The position numbers and the translations under genes are program-made. DNA of 63,320 bases, counting the filler, from Octopus bimaculoides (lineage: Eukaryota): assembly GCF_001194135.2 (NCBI RefSeq). It is 5 parts of 5 records of this genome, joined end to end, with 100 filler letters (N's around TTAATTAATTAA, not from the genome) between each part and the next. Parts side by side here need not be neighbours in the genome. Positions count along the whole stretch, not along the records: positions 1 to 24,415 come from NC_068998.1; 4 more parts are not named here. One strand, 5' to 3'. The notes beneath the pieces are model-generated. The model saw nothing but the letters and a program-made list of their open reading frames with translations, did no database searches and was not told the origin of the DNA. Positions 1-12,287 of this stretch are shown here, piece by piece (positions within the stretch are counted from its first letter, which is position 1; each line of letters opens with the position of its first letter).

Positions 1-100
1 TATATATATACATATATACATATATATAATATATATATATGTGTGTGTGTGTATTTGTGTATGTGTGTGTGTGTATTTGTGTTTGTGTGTGTATGTGTGT
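1..100. repeat. (TA)n/(TG)n compound microsatellite
   Basis: Directly visible dinucleotide runs; the same class recurs dozens of times in the window, usually bordering N gaps. Confidence 0.95.
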
Positions 101-3100
101 AAATACTCACATATCCGGAACATTATTCGTTGATAGTTAGTCTTGTATACAGAGGGCTATAACTCTACCTGAAACCTTCGCTGATAGAAGTTCAATGAAT
201 TTACATTCAAGTTTCTGCTTATATACACCAGCGCACAACGGCTGTGATACACAATCGATATTTGATGTATGATTTTGGAGAAACTTAGCTTTTCTCCTTA
301 GGGGAATCAGAGTTCAGAACTCGTTATTGTTGCTTACTGTTGGCTGGAAATATATACGCCATCTTTTGTGAGCTTGGTTCACTTGCGTTTATGAATGCCG
401 TTCCGTTTAAATAGGTTTCATGAGATTTATAATTGCTATTTATTATCTCCCTCGTTGGCATTGCTCGATATATTATAGACATTTTCTATATTATTTTTCG
501 GTAGCCCCGTAAGTAGTATTCGCACTTAAAAACAGATGAGTCATATATAGTTTCTCTCTGCGTACTGTCCGTCTAATTTAGTATTATTATCACTGTCAGA
601 GTGAAATCTGCATTCAGAATGAAATGAGTATAACCCCTCTAGGTCGCCTGTTTGTTTCACAAACTTAATTGGTGAGCCTTTTATCAATATAATCAAAGAG
701 AGAGGGATTATATTCCTTAAAAGTGAAGACTTTTCTCAGTATTGCTTTGTGGAAGCTTTTTGGATGAATGTGTTGGATGAAGTGTTGGTGCACTTCATCA
801 AATAGGTTCCAGTTGACAGAGACCCGAGCAGTACAAAGCAACGGACCCCAGATGTTACAGTCACAATTATTTTGTGCCACAGTATCTTCTCGTAGAACAG
901 TAGTTGGTGTAGATCCTGTATAATTTATCACCACCTAAACACTTCATGCAGATGATTTTCACTCATTCTTGTATCAGTAGTTTTTCGTTCACACCTGCCT
1001 GTTGTAAAATACCGGTAGCAATTCCTTTCTGTGCATTCTTTTCTTTGATTGTCTTCATTTATACTTATACCACTCCATTAAAAATGTAAATATGTCCTTT
1101 ACTTTACAGATTTTCTAAATACACAAATTTAACAGAATTTTAAAAGGCGTCATTTATGTATGATCGATGGTTGTGTTAGCTATTGCAAGGAATAACATGA
1201 ATTATTCTATGCAAATTACTGGAACTGAATTACTTGCAAAATATAATTAACTGTGTATATTATAGCCATCACGCAACAAATTTAATCAAATTTCTCCTAA
1301 AGCTACGTACAATAGTGAAGCAACTAATAGCAGTAAGTGTATTATGTTAACATGTTGAATTAGGAGGAAATCACCTAGAATGAGCGGAGATAATTGATAA
1401 AAGGCTCACCAATTACGTTTGTGAAACAAAACGAAATTAGCGAAGTTCTTTGTAATATCAGTAATATGTCAAAATTACGTGCACGTATGCAGATAGGTTG
1501 GTATGTCGACTCATTGACATATTTACTCATGTTATAGAGCACAAGGCTCCAGTAATTTTCCTCGTATTAGTGAAAATTATCCTGCGTATATTAACCTATC
1601 TGCATTTCTGTAGATAGTAACACGTACCGTCGGACAATTTTGCATAATAATCTCTCTCTCATTCTTTTCTCTCACTCTCTCTCTGTCTCACGCACACACA
1701 CTCAATACACGAATACACACACATGCGTATATATATATACATACATACACACATATACATGTGCGTGTGTATTTATGTAAGTATATATATGTAAACATTT
1801 AACATAGATATATTCTTGCTGTTGCTGTTCTTGTGAGGATCTTATTGTCACACTATATTCGCCGCACTATATCACAGAAAATTTTGTGGTGACCCTCTCG
1901 TCGTTTATCGAGGCATAATATATATATATATACTGTAATATTATTAACCCCCCCCCACTTCGTACCTGCTACGGCAGGCGGGGATTATATGAAGACTTTT
2001 TTGTTATCTTTTGTCATTACTACGGTAGATGTTGATGAATTGAAGCGACATAACACAGGTGTTACCATGGCAATAATTTTGAATATTCATGTGAAGTTAT
2101 CTTCATATAAATATAATCCAAACAACTAAAACTAATATGAAAATCCCCATATATTCGTTTTAGACGGGATCTAAATGCCATTTAGACAGGATCTACGTGT
2201 CTGCTCCATACTGCTAACTCAAAAATCTGAAGAACTCAAAAATCTGCCTCCAATTACGCCCATTTGCAGTAGAGGCTAAACCATTTATTGTTTAGTGAAG
2301 TCCTAAGCATATTGAGTAAAAACAAATTAAGAGATGTTGATCATGACTATAGCATGCTTAATCATCGGTTTTACTATTCAGGTCAAAGCAGGTGTTAAAG
2401 TATCACTCGAACCCTAGCACCAATATCTTCAACGTCAAAGTCAACTTATGTCTTGGTGTCATCAATCTGTTCTGTTATACTTTTGACTATTTTTTCTCAT
2501 GATACTCAAACTCAATATTTTAACTCTAGTGAAGAGAAAAATACTAAGGAACTTGGAGTTCTTATAAATGCATTCTGAACGTTAACTCATTAGTCCTTAT
2601 TGACTGAAGCTGCCATCTTTGGCGAATATTCAAGTTGAGTGTTTTCTCTCCAAGCAGATTACGAGTTGCCATGAAAGATGTCTGGATTTTTCAACAAGTC
2701 ATAACAGATCTGCTGTTAATGATGTATATAAACGGCTCTTTATAGCTATAAATACCATATCTTTTTCATTCATAAACCTTAACTATGATCTTATTGAAAG
2801 CTAATGGTTTCGTAAATGAACGTGAGTAGAAACCTTATTCGTCTATTTTATACATATTTTTATTCACCCAGCTACTAATGTAGTCGTTAATTGTAATGAC
2901 ATAACACAGGTAATAAAATACTATAAATTTTGATTGTCAAACCGAAAAAATAATAGAGAGAAAAGACAGAATACCCACATTATTCATAGCCTTCGGGAAT
3001 TTTACTACTTAGTAAATTTAAAGTAATTAGCTGAAGATAATATTAGCAATATATTTTCTATCAAAACAACTAAATGGGATTTTATGTATGATTTTCGATT

Positions 3101-3278
3101 AGTTATTTATGTTTCATTCATTTGCTTTCTATTTAAGAAATAAAAATACATTTTGAAATAGAGTTTCTTATGCAATTATGTTATTAATGTAAGGATGTTA
3201 TATACCGCAAGTAAAACTTGATTCTACGGACAAGATTTACTGTGTAATGCTAACTAAATCTGTACACTTTCTCTACAG

Positions 3279-3357
3279 GATCACAAATGCCAATTCACTT
3301 TTACAAGCGTTCTAAAATATCGACCACGGCATTTCAGAGACCCTTATAGATGTATTA
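3279..3357 (+). other. Candidate internal exon (79 nt) of an unidentified plus-strand transcript
   Basis: Branch-like TGCTAAC at ~3248-3254, pyrimidine tract and CTCTACAG|G acceptor (AG 3277-3278), donor A|GTAAGTAT at 3358. Only phase 0 is open (DHKCQFTFTSVLKYRPRHFRDPYRCI); no protein family recognised. Confidence 0.5.
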
Positions 3358-3498
3358 GTAAGTATGCTACTAATATTACGTTATACAGTTTCCTCATCTT
3401 ATACTCATCTCATACTGATTTAAACTGGCTTTTAGAAACACATTCGTTAAGAAGTAACGGGAATTTGCGCAGAAATCTCCTAATATTAATTTTAAAAT

Positions 3499-3583
3499 AA
3501 GGCGGCAAGCTTGGCAGAATCGTTAACGCCGGGCGAAATGCTTAGTGGTATTTCGTCTACCTTTACGTTCTGAGTTCAAATTC
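3499..3583 (+). mobile_element. tRNA-derived SINE family A, 5' fragment
   Basis: AAGGCGGCAAGCTTGGCAGAATCG...GAGTTCAAATTC head with A/B-box-like motifs, matching other copies in the window. Confidence 0.85.
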
Positions 3584-3737
3584 TTTGCTCACTTCAAACG
3601 TAAGTAACTCTCGACCACTCTCAGTGAATTGATGTTTACATGAGTTAAAGTATACTCTGAATGGTTCACTTGTATCTTTTTACTGTCATACAATTCTTGA
3701 ATAATTGTAGCAATATAGATTAATATATGCTGCAAAC

Positions 3738-3955
3738 AAGGCGGCGAGCTGGCAAAATGGTTAGCACGCCAGGGAAGATGATTAGCGGCATATCATCCAT
3801 CTTTACGTTCTGCGTTCAAATTTAGCCGAGGTAGATTTTACCTTTCATCCTTTCGGGGTCGATAAATAACTGACAGTTGAGCACTGGGATTTATGTAATC
3901 GACTTAGCCCTTGTCGCAGACTTGATGGCCTGATGCCAAAGTTTGAAACCATTTT
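3738..3955 (+). mobile_element. tRNA-derived SINE family A, near full length
   Basis: AAGGCGGCGAGCTGGCAAAATGG...GCGTTCAAATT...CCTTTCATCCTTTCGGGGTCGAT...TTTGAAACCA; collinear with the reverse complements of 58341-58552 and 52322-52540. Confidence 0.9.
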
Positions 3956-4237
3956 ATATTGCAGATGTTGTGTTCATTATGTATGCTCAGTTTCCTCCCC
4001 CCCCCCACACACACACAAAGAAAGAAAGGACACTATTTGTTCCAATCTGCTTAATATGTTTCAAATCACTCCTATCCTTAATGAGGGAGAACGACAATCT
4101 GCTTTAGTTACCACCAGCTTATGTCAGGTGTAGAAATACTATAACATCTCTAAATGATAATTTGAGGTACATAAATCTATATTTTCTTTATGATACATGC
4201 AGAGATACCCGGCGTTGCTTAGGACTAAAATGGCATG

Positions 4238-4306
4238 CTTTTTTTCATTCTTTCACTTGTTTTAATTATTTCATTGTGGCCATACTGGAGCACCACCTTT
4301 AGTCGA
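4238..4306 (-). mobile_element. SINE family C 3' end
   Basis: Reverse complement reads CGACTAAAGGTGGTGCTCCAGTATGGCCACA...ACAAGTGAAAG, the same tail as at 47250-47330. Confidence 0.75.
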
Positions 4307-4378
4307 ATAGAAAGGAAGGAAGGAACGAAGGAAGAGAGAAAGAAAGACAGAAATAAAAAAGGAAGAAAGAAAGAAAAA

Positions 4379-4414
<36 letters not shown>

Positions 4415-4725
4415 CAGAAAGAAAGAAAGAAAGAAAGAAAGAACGAAAGAAAGAAAGAAAGGGGGACAAAGAAAGATAGAAAGAAAAATAAGTAAGGGAA
4501 GCAGACAGAAGGAAAGAAAGAAAGAGAGAAAGAAAGAAAGAAAGAAAGAAAGAGGGAGAGAAAAAGAAAGAAAGAAAGAAAGAAGGAAAGAAGGAAGGAA
4601 AGATAGAATGAAAGAAACAAACAAAGTAATGAAGAACGAAAGGAAGGAAGAAAGAAAGAACAAAAGAACGGCAGAAAGACAGAAAGATAGAAGGATGGAA
4701 GGAATGAAAGAAAGAACGAAAGAAA

Positions 4726-4759
<34 letters not shown>

Positions 4760-4860
4760 GGGAGAAAGCTGGAAGGAAAGAAGAGTATGAGAGGAAGGAA
4801 AAGGGGATGAGAGAGAATATATGTAAGCAAGAGAAGCAGCGAATGAGAAAAGCGAGATAA
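4307..4860. repeat. (GAAA)n/(GGAA)n purine-rich microsatellite
   Basis: Directly visible; accounts for the Phe/Leu/Ser and Lys/Glu/Arg ORFs in the track. Confidence 0.95.
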
Positions 4861-5574
4861 TCCGTTGAAAACCTCAGTTTTTAGAGAAAACACCTTTTTC
4901 TCCGATTTCTCGCTTTACGCAGAAGCTCTGAGCAAGAAATTATAGTGCATGGCCATCCTTCGCACATAAGTTATGTGTGTGTAAAATTTGTTGGAAATCG
5001 GTTGAAAACTGTAGAAATGCATACATTTTACACGCACAAACACACAAATACATATTTGTTTTATATATAAATACGTATTATCTCATTCGTTTATTAGATA
5101 CATTTAGTGTTTGGACATAATCTCAACAAGTTACTTAGCTGTATATCATTCTCAGTGAATATTCGCTTAAACACAAAGATGCACCTGCGTGTTAGTTGTG
5201 GTTTTAGACATCCCACCCAGGCACACACGCACATATGTTTGTATGTGTATATATAGAAGATTTATCTATATATGTGTGCATGTGTTTGTGCGTGCGCCCG
5301 CGTGCGTGTGTGTGTGTATACAATATTTAAATATAGTGAACTACAAAAGAAACGTCCCACTCTAAAAGATTATTTGTTTCACACACGATATTGCGATTAT
5401 ACGGATTTTATCACGTTTCTAGTTCACTGACCCACAACACCACTCTCCTTTGAAAACACAAGGGTTGCATGTAGGGTTCGAACTCGCTCACTTTTCATGC
5501 ACATGGTAATGTTCGCGAACGGCATCTTTATGAAAAGTATGATGCACGTGCAAAACGTTGACTTATTGGGTGTA

Positions 5575-5935
5575 AAAGGCACTCCAATTTTCCAGACTAT
5601 CTTTCATTTCCCGAACGCAGCAAGCATGCCAAGACTGACACGAAATCAGTGCCTGTAGTGCCAGGTTAACAACAGACTTCCTCCAACAGCACAACATCCA
5701 GACACTGCCATGACCTGCCCTAAGTGAGGACTTGAACCTCATAGAACACCTGTAGGACGAAATCCAAAGAAGGCTAAATGACATCCGTACAGGGCCGACA
5801 ACTGGGGCACAAAACAGCAAATTTTAACAGAGTATGGGCTGCTATCTCCATGGCCTTAATCAATTGTTTGGTGCATTCAATGTCCAGAAGACGCCAGGCG
5901 ATAATCAATGCTAACGGTGGTCACACGAAACGTGG
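5575..5935 (+). mobile_element. Tc1-family transposase C-terminal remnant
   Basis: Translates as ...TTDFLQQHNIQTLP*PALSEDLNLIEHL*DEIQRR...VWAAISMALINCLVHSMSRRRQAIINANGGHTK. This is a decayed form of the Tc1 WPxxSPDLNPIEHLW and SMxRRCxAVIxAxGGHTxY motifs. Confidence 0.85.
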
Positions 5936-6334
5936 ACTTCATCTCTTTGCATCCAAGACACTCCGTCATCACGTGACACCATGTGACGACAAACATGTTT
6001 CAGGAAATGACGTCCTATAATTAAGAAAGAACATTTTCTTAATTAGCACTCTTCAATCAATGTTATGACAGTTTGTTAATAAACCGGTTTCTATTTAGTA
6101 TGTGTGCAAGTGTTTTTTTTTTCTGTTTCAGTTTATATGTATGTAATATATAATATGTGTGTATCTGTATAAATTTCCCATGTCACATGGAGTTATTTTT
6201 ATTGAGAAGAAATAAACTGCAATTTACGTAGAAGCTTAGTACGAATTTGAAATAGAAATAATCGGATCTGTTTTAAGAACAAAACAAACAGTTTTGAGGA
6301 AAGTTGGTTAATTGATACTATCAACCCCCATAGT

Positions 6335-6982
6335 GGAGCCGCAATGGCCCAGTGATTAGGGCAGCGGTCTCGCGGTCATAGGATCCCGGTTTCGATTCCG
6401 AGACCGGGCGATGTGAGTGTTTATTGAGCGAAAACACCTAAAGCTCCACGAGGCTCCGGCAGGGGATGGTGGCGAACCCTGCTGTACTCTTTCACCACAA
6501 CTTTCTCTTACTTCCTGTTTCGTTTCTGTTGTGCCTGNNNNNNNNNNNNNNNNNNNNNNNNNNNNNNNNNNNNNNNNNNNNNNNNNNNNNNNNNNNNNNN
6601 NNNNNNNNNNNNNNNNNNNNNNNNNNNNNNNNNNNNNNNNNNNNNNNNNNNNNGATTCCGAGACCGGGCGATGTGAGTGTTTATTGAGCGAAAACACCTA
6701 AAGCTCCACGAGGCTCCGGCAGGGGATGGTGGCGAACCCTGCTGTACTCTTTCACCACAACTTTCTCTTACTTCCTGTTTCGTTTCTGTTGTGCCTGTAA
6801 TTCAAAGGGTCAGCCTTGTCACACTGTGTCACGCTGAATATCTCCGAGAACTACGTTAAGGGTACACGTGTCTGTGGAGTGCTCAGCCACTTGCACGTTA
6901 TTTCACGAGCAGGCTGTTCCGTTGATCGAATCAACTGGAACCCTCGACGTCGTAAGCGACGGAGTGCCAACAACAACAACCC
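6335..6982 (+). mobile_element. tRNA-derived SINE family B with (AAC)n tail; internal duplication across an assembly gap
   Basis: Head GCCGCAATGGCCCAGTGATTAGGGCAGCGG...GGTTTCGATTCC; tail ...CGACGGAGTGCCAACAACAAC. Segment ~6393-6537 is repeated at ~6654-6797 on the other side of the N run. Confidence 0.9.
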
Positions 6983-7139
6983 CCATGACTTTTATTTTGC
7001 ACCATCAATCTCTGTGTAATGAACAACAAACTTGACATCAGCAAGATTTGGATTTAGAATAAAAAAATACAGAATAAGTGCTGCACATTTTTGTCGTTAC
7101 CCTCGCATTCTCGGTTTAATTTCAGTGATTTAAAAAACT

Positions 7140-7400
7140 ACCAATTGGCGCTCCGTTGGATGCAACAGCGTGGATATCAGTTCATTTGATCAACGAAACA
7201 GCGTGCTCGTGAAATTAACGTGCCTATGGATGAGCACTCCAAAGTCATGCCTGTCCTAACGCAGTTCTCAGTGAGATTCAGCGTGATACAACGTGTAACA
7301 AGGCTTTCCCTTTAAAATACAGATAGTACTCATGTTTACCAACTGCACGGATTGGACCAATGTGAACTAAAGTGTTTTGCTCAAGGTATCGAACAGAATA
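7140..7400 (-). mobile_element. Degenerate SINE sharing the family B 3' tail but with a different core
   Basis: Reverse complement of 7140-7330 aligns with 6797-6970 (roughly 70-75% by eye); upstream it has CCTTGAGCAAAACACTTTAG, a CORE-like segment absent from family B. Confidence 0.7.
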
Positions 7401-7467
7401 TCTTCAATCGACTATTATAACCACTTAGTCACGAGCCTTCAATATCTTCAGTAATACGAAATTAAAC

Positions 7468-7678
7468 AATGATTTCAATTTTTGTTACAAGGCCAGCAAA
7501 TTCAAGGGAGGGGGGAATGTCGATGACATCAATCCCGAGGTTTGATTCTTATTTTATCGACCCCGAAAGGATGAAAGGCAAGTCGATAGCGGCTGAATTT
7601 AAACCCAGAGCGTAAGGACGGATGAAAAGCCGTCTTGTATTTTGCCCGTCGTGCTAACGATTCTGCCATCTCACCACA
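7468..7678 (-). mobile_element. SINE family A
   Basis: CGACCCCGAAAGGATGAAAGGCAAGTCGA...GTGCTAACGATTCTGCCA is the reverse complement of the family A body and head. Confidence 0.85.
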
Positions 7679-8567
7679 TTAAATAAGAAATTAAAAAATA
7701 AAAATAATTTTAAAAAATAAAAGTTTTCTGAGAAATGGAGAACTATCACCGTTTCCTGACACAAATTTTTCCCTACCATATAATTAAGCACAATGGACAA
7801 TTAGTACTGTGGCTTTATACATAATTAATAACGTTCCTTGATTCAAAGATATATTGATCTCTAAAATTTCATCATTTCGGCAATTTGACACGCGTTAAAT
7901 CTTAGTTCCACACTCCAGCTATCCACCACCGGAACGATTAAAGATAACTCAGGTGGCCTATCAAGTGCGTAGCCATTCCTGCGAAAATCGATGAAATATG
8001 TGTTGCCATCAAGTACTATTTTACTAATTAATAAAAATCTATTATTATTTACACTTGTCTTCCCTTTGCTCAAAATAGTTTACTTAAAGCTCCCAAATAG
8101 CTCTTTCCCGCTATATGTCTCAACCTATATACATATATATAAATTTTAGTGTTTGTGTGTGTCTGTGTGCAGGTATATATACATACATGTATGCATAAAT
8201 ATATATGCATGTGTGCAAGTGTATGTATGTACGTATGTATATATGTATATATATGTGTGTGTCTGTGCGCGCACACGCGTGCGTGTGACATGACGTGAGT
8301 ATAGGTGTGAATTATCTAATTGTATAAAATTCCCAAAGGAATACATTAAAAGTGAAGTGCGTACGGATTCAAAATATGAAAGTAAAATGAACTGATATAG
8401 TTGGAGGATATAACTTCAACATAAACCTAATTCTAACATTCAACAAATTCATACACAAACTAGCAAACCTTACTTCGATGACTATAAAGTATTCATGACA
8501 AATAATATTTTAAAATAGCCCTCACAGAATATATCTAACATAAAAAAAACACGCATATATAGAAACA

Positions 8568-8720
8568 TACAGGTGTGGCTGAAGGGTAAGACATTTACTT
8601 CCCAAGTGCGTGGTTCCGTGTTCAATCTCAGCTTTGACGAGTGTTTTCAACTATAGATGTGAGCCGACAAAAAAACCTTTTGGCTGGATTTCCTACATGG
8701 AAACTGATAGAAGCCCGTTG

Positions 8721-8771
<51 letters not shown>

Positions 8772-8874
8772 GTGTGTTTGTGTATATGTGTATGCTTCAT
8801 TTTGTCCCGATCACATTTCAGAACTAGTGTTAGTGTGTTGATATTTACGTAACTTAGCGGATCGGCGATAAAAG
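8568..8874 (+). mobile_element. SINE family C (CORE-like, internal microsatellite), degenerate
   Basis: GGTGTGGCTGAAGGGTAAG head, GGAAACTGATAGAAGCCCGTTG then (TA)/(TG) tract then GTAACTTAGCGGATCGGC; collinear with 55909-56130 and 28681-28897. Confidence 0.75.
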
Positions 8875-9970
8875 NNNNNNNNNNNNNNNNNNNNNNNNNN
8901 NNNNNNNNNNNNNNNNNNNNNNNNNNNNNNNNNNNNNNNNNNNNNNNNNNNNNNNNNNNNNNNNNNNNNNNNNNNNNNNNNNNNNNNNNNNNNNNNNNNN
9001 NNNNNNNNNNNNNNNNNNNNNNNNNNNNNNNNNNNNNNNNNNNNNNNNNNNNNNNNNNNNNNNNNNNNNNNNNNNNNNNNNNNNNNNNNNNNNNNNNNNN
9101 NNNNNNNNNNNNNNNNNATATATATATATATATATTATATCATCGGTTGCAGCTTGTTTCCGAGCATTCGTCAGTTTCCAACCAGCCTCTTCGGCTGATG
9201 TTTGTGCCGAAATTGACTTGGGAGTCCAAGTCGGTGGTGATTTAAGACCTTTGGCTTATTTAAGACGTTTGGCTGCTTTTTTCACTACTTAAAGAGATAC
9301 AATACAAGTTTCCTATTTCACAGGTTATGCATTGTAAGTCAGTTAAGTCATCTCCATCCTTCACCAACTAGCCACATTGAAGACTACTGAAAATATCTAG
9401 TAATGTGCAAGAATGGGATACAAACGTACCATTAAATATTGAACTATAAAAAAATACGAGCTATATTTCTTTTTCTAAAATCAAGTAAAAACCAAAGCTT
9501 ACATTGTTTTGTTAGAACGAGATTTCTAGCAGTAAATTATTAAATATAAATTGTGAATGAGTCTCTAAATGTTTTCTCTTCTACATAATTTTAGATTTTA
9601 ATGTTTAGTAACAGTGCTGATTCAAATGGATCGATCAATAGACCAACAAACTAAAGTGCTGGCAATATCAATGAAATGTCATTCATATAAACAATGCTGG
9701 ATCTACTCAATTTAGATAGAATTAAGTAAACATGAATATTTGTGAAACTGGCGAAGGCATTTGTTGACAGTACATAATATGAGATAAATAAACTGAACCG
9801 CTTCATATGACCCTATCGCAAGAGGGACACGATATATAATTAATGCAGTCGAAACTATGATTGTTAGCGATAGGTAAGCCAGACTACTTGTATCAAGAAA
9901 GTGTGCAAGGTGAAGTATCTGTCAAAATTCCACATCATAAAATGTGTTTTTCATATAGAATGAATGATTA

Positions 9971-12016
9971 CACTGGTCAACAAGTATTTTTCATGAGGCA
10001 TATGTCAAGGTGTACCTAGTGTAGTTTTTAATGCTGATTTCAAATATACAATTAGTTTTCAATAAAGTTTTCAAGATGAGAAAAATATTTGGTTTTAGCT
10101 CATGCATTATATAGAAATTCCAATTAATGACGTGTATGCATGTATTAAATTTCTATTTTGGAAACACCTTTAAAATTAACTACATATCTATTTCCTTACT
10201 TGTTTTACAGTGTTAACAATGTCAAGACAGAGAATAAATCGTCCTGATGGGATTTGTTATGTCTGTGGACAATTTATTGTTAAAATTCAAAAACGTGCAA
10301 TAACACCAGAGATTAAGAAGATTTATAAGCTACACGTTGATTGTCCTCTTGGGGATCAGGATAAGTTATGGGCATCCCATTATCTCTGCCCAACTGACGC
10401 AAATGGCTTATGTAACTGGTACACTAAGAAGAAGACGTCCATGCCTTTTGTCATTCCAATGATATGGAGGGAAACCATTTTAATGACTGTTATTTTTGCA
10501 ACGTAAACGTCACAGGATTTTCTATGAAGAATAAACGCAAAAGTGTGTATCCAAATTTGAATTCCGCAATGAGAATTGTGCCTCACAATGGAAGTCTGCA
10601 AATTCCAGTTCCAACAGATGATGGTACTGAAACATCAAATGATGATGCTGACTGTCATGATAGTGCTAAGGAAGGTGTCATGGCTGATGACGATAGCTTT
10701 GAACCTCAGAAATTTCCTCAAGCTGAACTGAATGACCTATCTCTCTCAAAAAGTAAAGCGGAACTGTTGGCACCAAGACTGAAGGAGAAGTATCTGATAG
10801 AGTACGGTGTTCGTATAACTTATTTTCGGCAGAAAATGTGGTTCTATAAACGTCTTTTTCTGTTGAAGGCTCACTGTGCTTTTGTGCTAACATTTATGGA
10901 CTTTTCGAATGTTTATCACAAAATCATGATCCTGCAGAGTGGCGTTTGTTTATTGACTCTTGAAAACGAAGTTTAAAAGCTGTACTTCTCCATAATGGTA
11001 ATTTGAAGCCCTCCACTCCTATTGCACACTCTGTTCTTCTTCATGAATCATATAAGAATATGGAACTTTTACTTCATGCTACTGCCTATGAAAGATATTC
11101 ATTAGAAAAGTAATAGAAATGCAGTCAGGTTTCACAAGATACTGTTGTTTCTTGTGTCTATGGGATAGTCTGAGAGGCATTATTCGGAATCAAACTGTCG
11201 AACGAGAACATCATACCAGCCAAGAGTTTCTAGCGTCAGAAATACACCTCTTGTAGATCCATATAATATACAATTGCCTCCTTTTCACATAAAGCATGGA
11301 CTGATGAAACACTAGGGAAGAGAAATGCCAGAGTGTTTGAGTATATTGTAGAAAAGTTTCACAAAATCACATAGGCGAAGATGTCAAATTAGAGAAATAC
11401 TCAAAGATGTAAACTTCAAGACAACACTGGTACCTCCTACCTGGAATGCTTTCAATTGGATCTGTGAGAATTTCCTGGGCAACAAGAAGGGAATGGACTA
11501 CAAGGATGAGATCGTCGCATGTCATCGAAAGTTCTTGGACTCTGATCTGGATTTCTTCGCAGACGACCTGAACATGGTGAAAGATTTCACCAGGACATTA
11601 GTGCTATGAAGAAACGGTACCACGGCTTCTGGAATGACAGTATGCTGGCTGACTGCTGCTGGACACTTTATTGTGATCAATTAGATCAGGAACACAGCAA
11701 GAAATCCAAATCACAATATTTTTTCTAACTGTTGTTTTAACTTTGTTTTGTCTGACCTATTTTTGTGTATTAACTCTTTGTAAAATGATAGTAATGATTT
11801 TTAACACAATACACTCATTTACTTTTTTAAAATGATATGCTCATATTTATTATGTCAATGATTTCATATATACAGAATATTTGCACGTATCTACTGAAAA
11901 CGTGCTACGTGCTACATACAAATGGAGTAAAAGTTTGAAATTAGCGTGAAACATTACTTCAATAAAGTCGGTGTGCATTCGTAATGAGACTACTACGTTT
12001 AATTTTTTGACCAGTG
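9971..12016 (+). mobile_element. Chapaev3-type (CMC superfamily) DNA transposon, both ends present, transposase disrupted
   Basis: TIRs CACTGGTCAACAA (9971) and TTTTTTGACCAGTG (to 12016); flanks TTA/GTA; subterminal GCTGATTTCAAA-like motif at both ends. Fragmented ORFs contain CYVCG, GDQDKLWASH, MPFVIPMIWRE, DCYFC, ELNDLSLSKSKAELLAPRLKEK and ADCCWTL. The family name rests on recalled motifs. Confidence 0.8.
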
Positions 12017-12109
12017 GTATTATACGATAGTGTATTGTAATGAGTCAATCCAGGACTAAACGAATACAGTTGACCGCAGGCCTTTCCAGGGTCAGATTAA
12101 TATGTCAGG

Positions 12110-12154
<45 letters not shown>

Positions 12155-12287
12155 GCGGATGTATGTATGTATGTTGTATGTAAATCAAGGTAAAATCCCC
12201 CACGATTAGTCACCATTTTACCTAGTTGACGGTTCGATAAAATTCACTAATAAACGCCTAACACATTTGACTTCCTCTTTTCTACAG

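Noticed and set aside
111-170. Minus-strand acceptor/donor pair; a similar pair at ~17315-17383
   Set aside because: Stops in all three frames and no linking evidence; cannot be tied to the LRP gene.
4225-4893. Long F/L/S-rich and K/E/R-rich ORFs
   Set aside because: Translations of the (GAAA)n microsatellite.
6335-6415. tRNA-like sequence with A and B boxes (also at 59300-59376 and 35630-35703)
   Set aside because: Continues into a SINE body and lacks a complete cloverleaf; it is a SINE head, not a tRNA gene.
6393-6797. Apparent tandem duplication of a SINE segment; likewise ~12606-12756 versus ~12896-13046
   Set aside because: Near-identical copies flank an N gap, typical of unmerged overlapping contig ends.
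9140-9240. CTGACGA...GAAAC on the minus strand and CTGATG...CGAAA on the plus strand
   Set aside because: No stem II pairing, no NUH triplet in position and no stem I; not supportable as a hammerhead.
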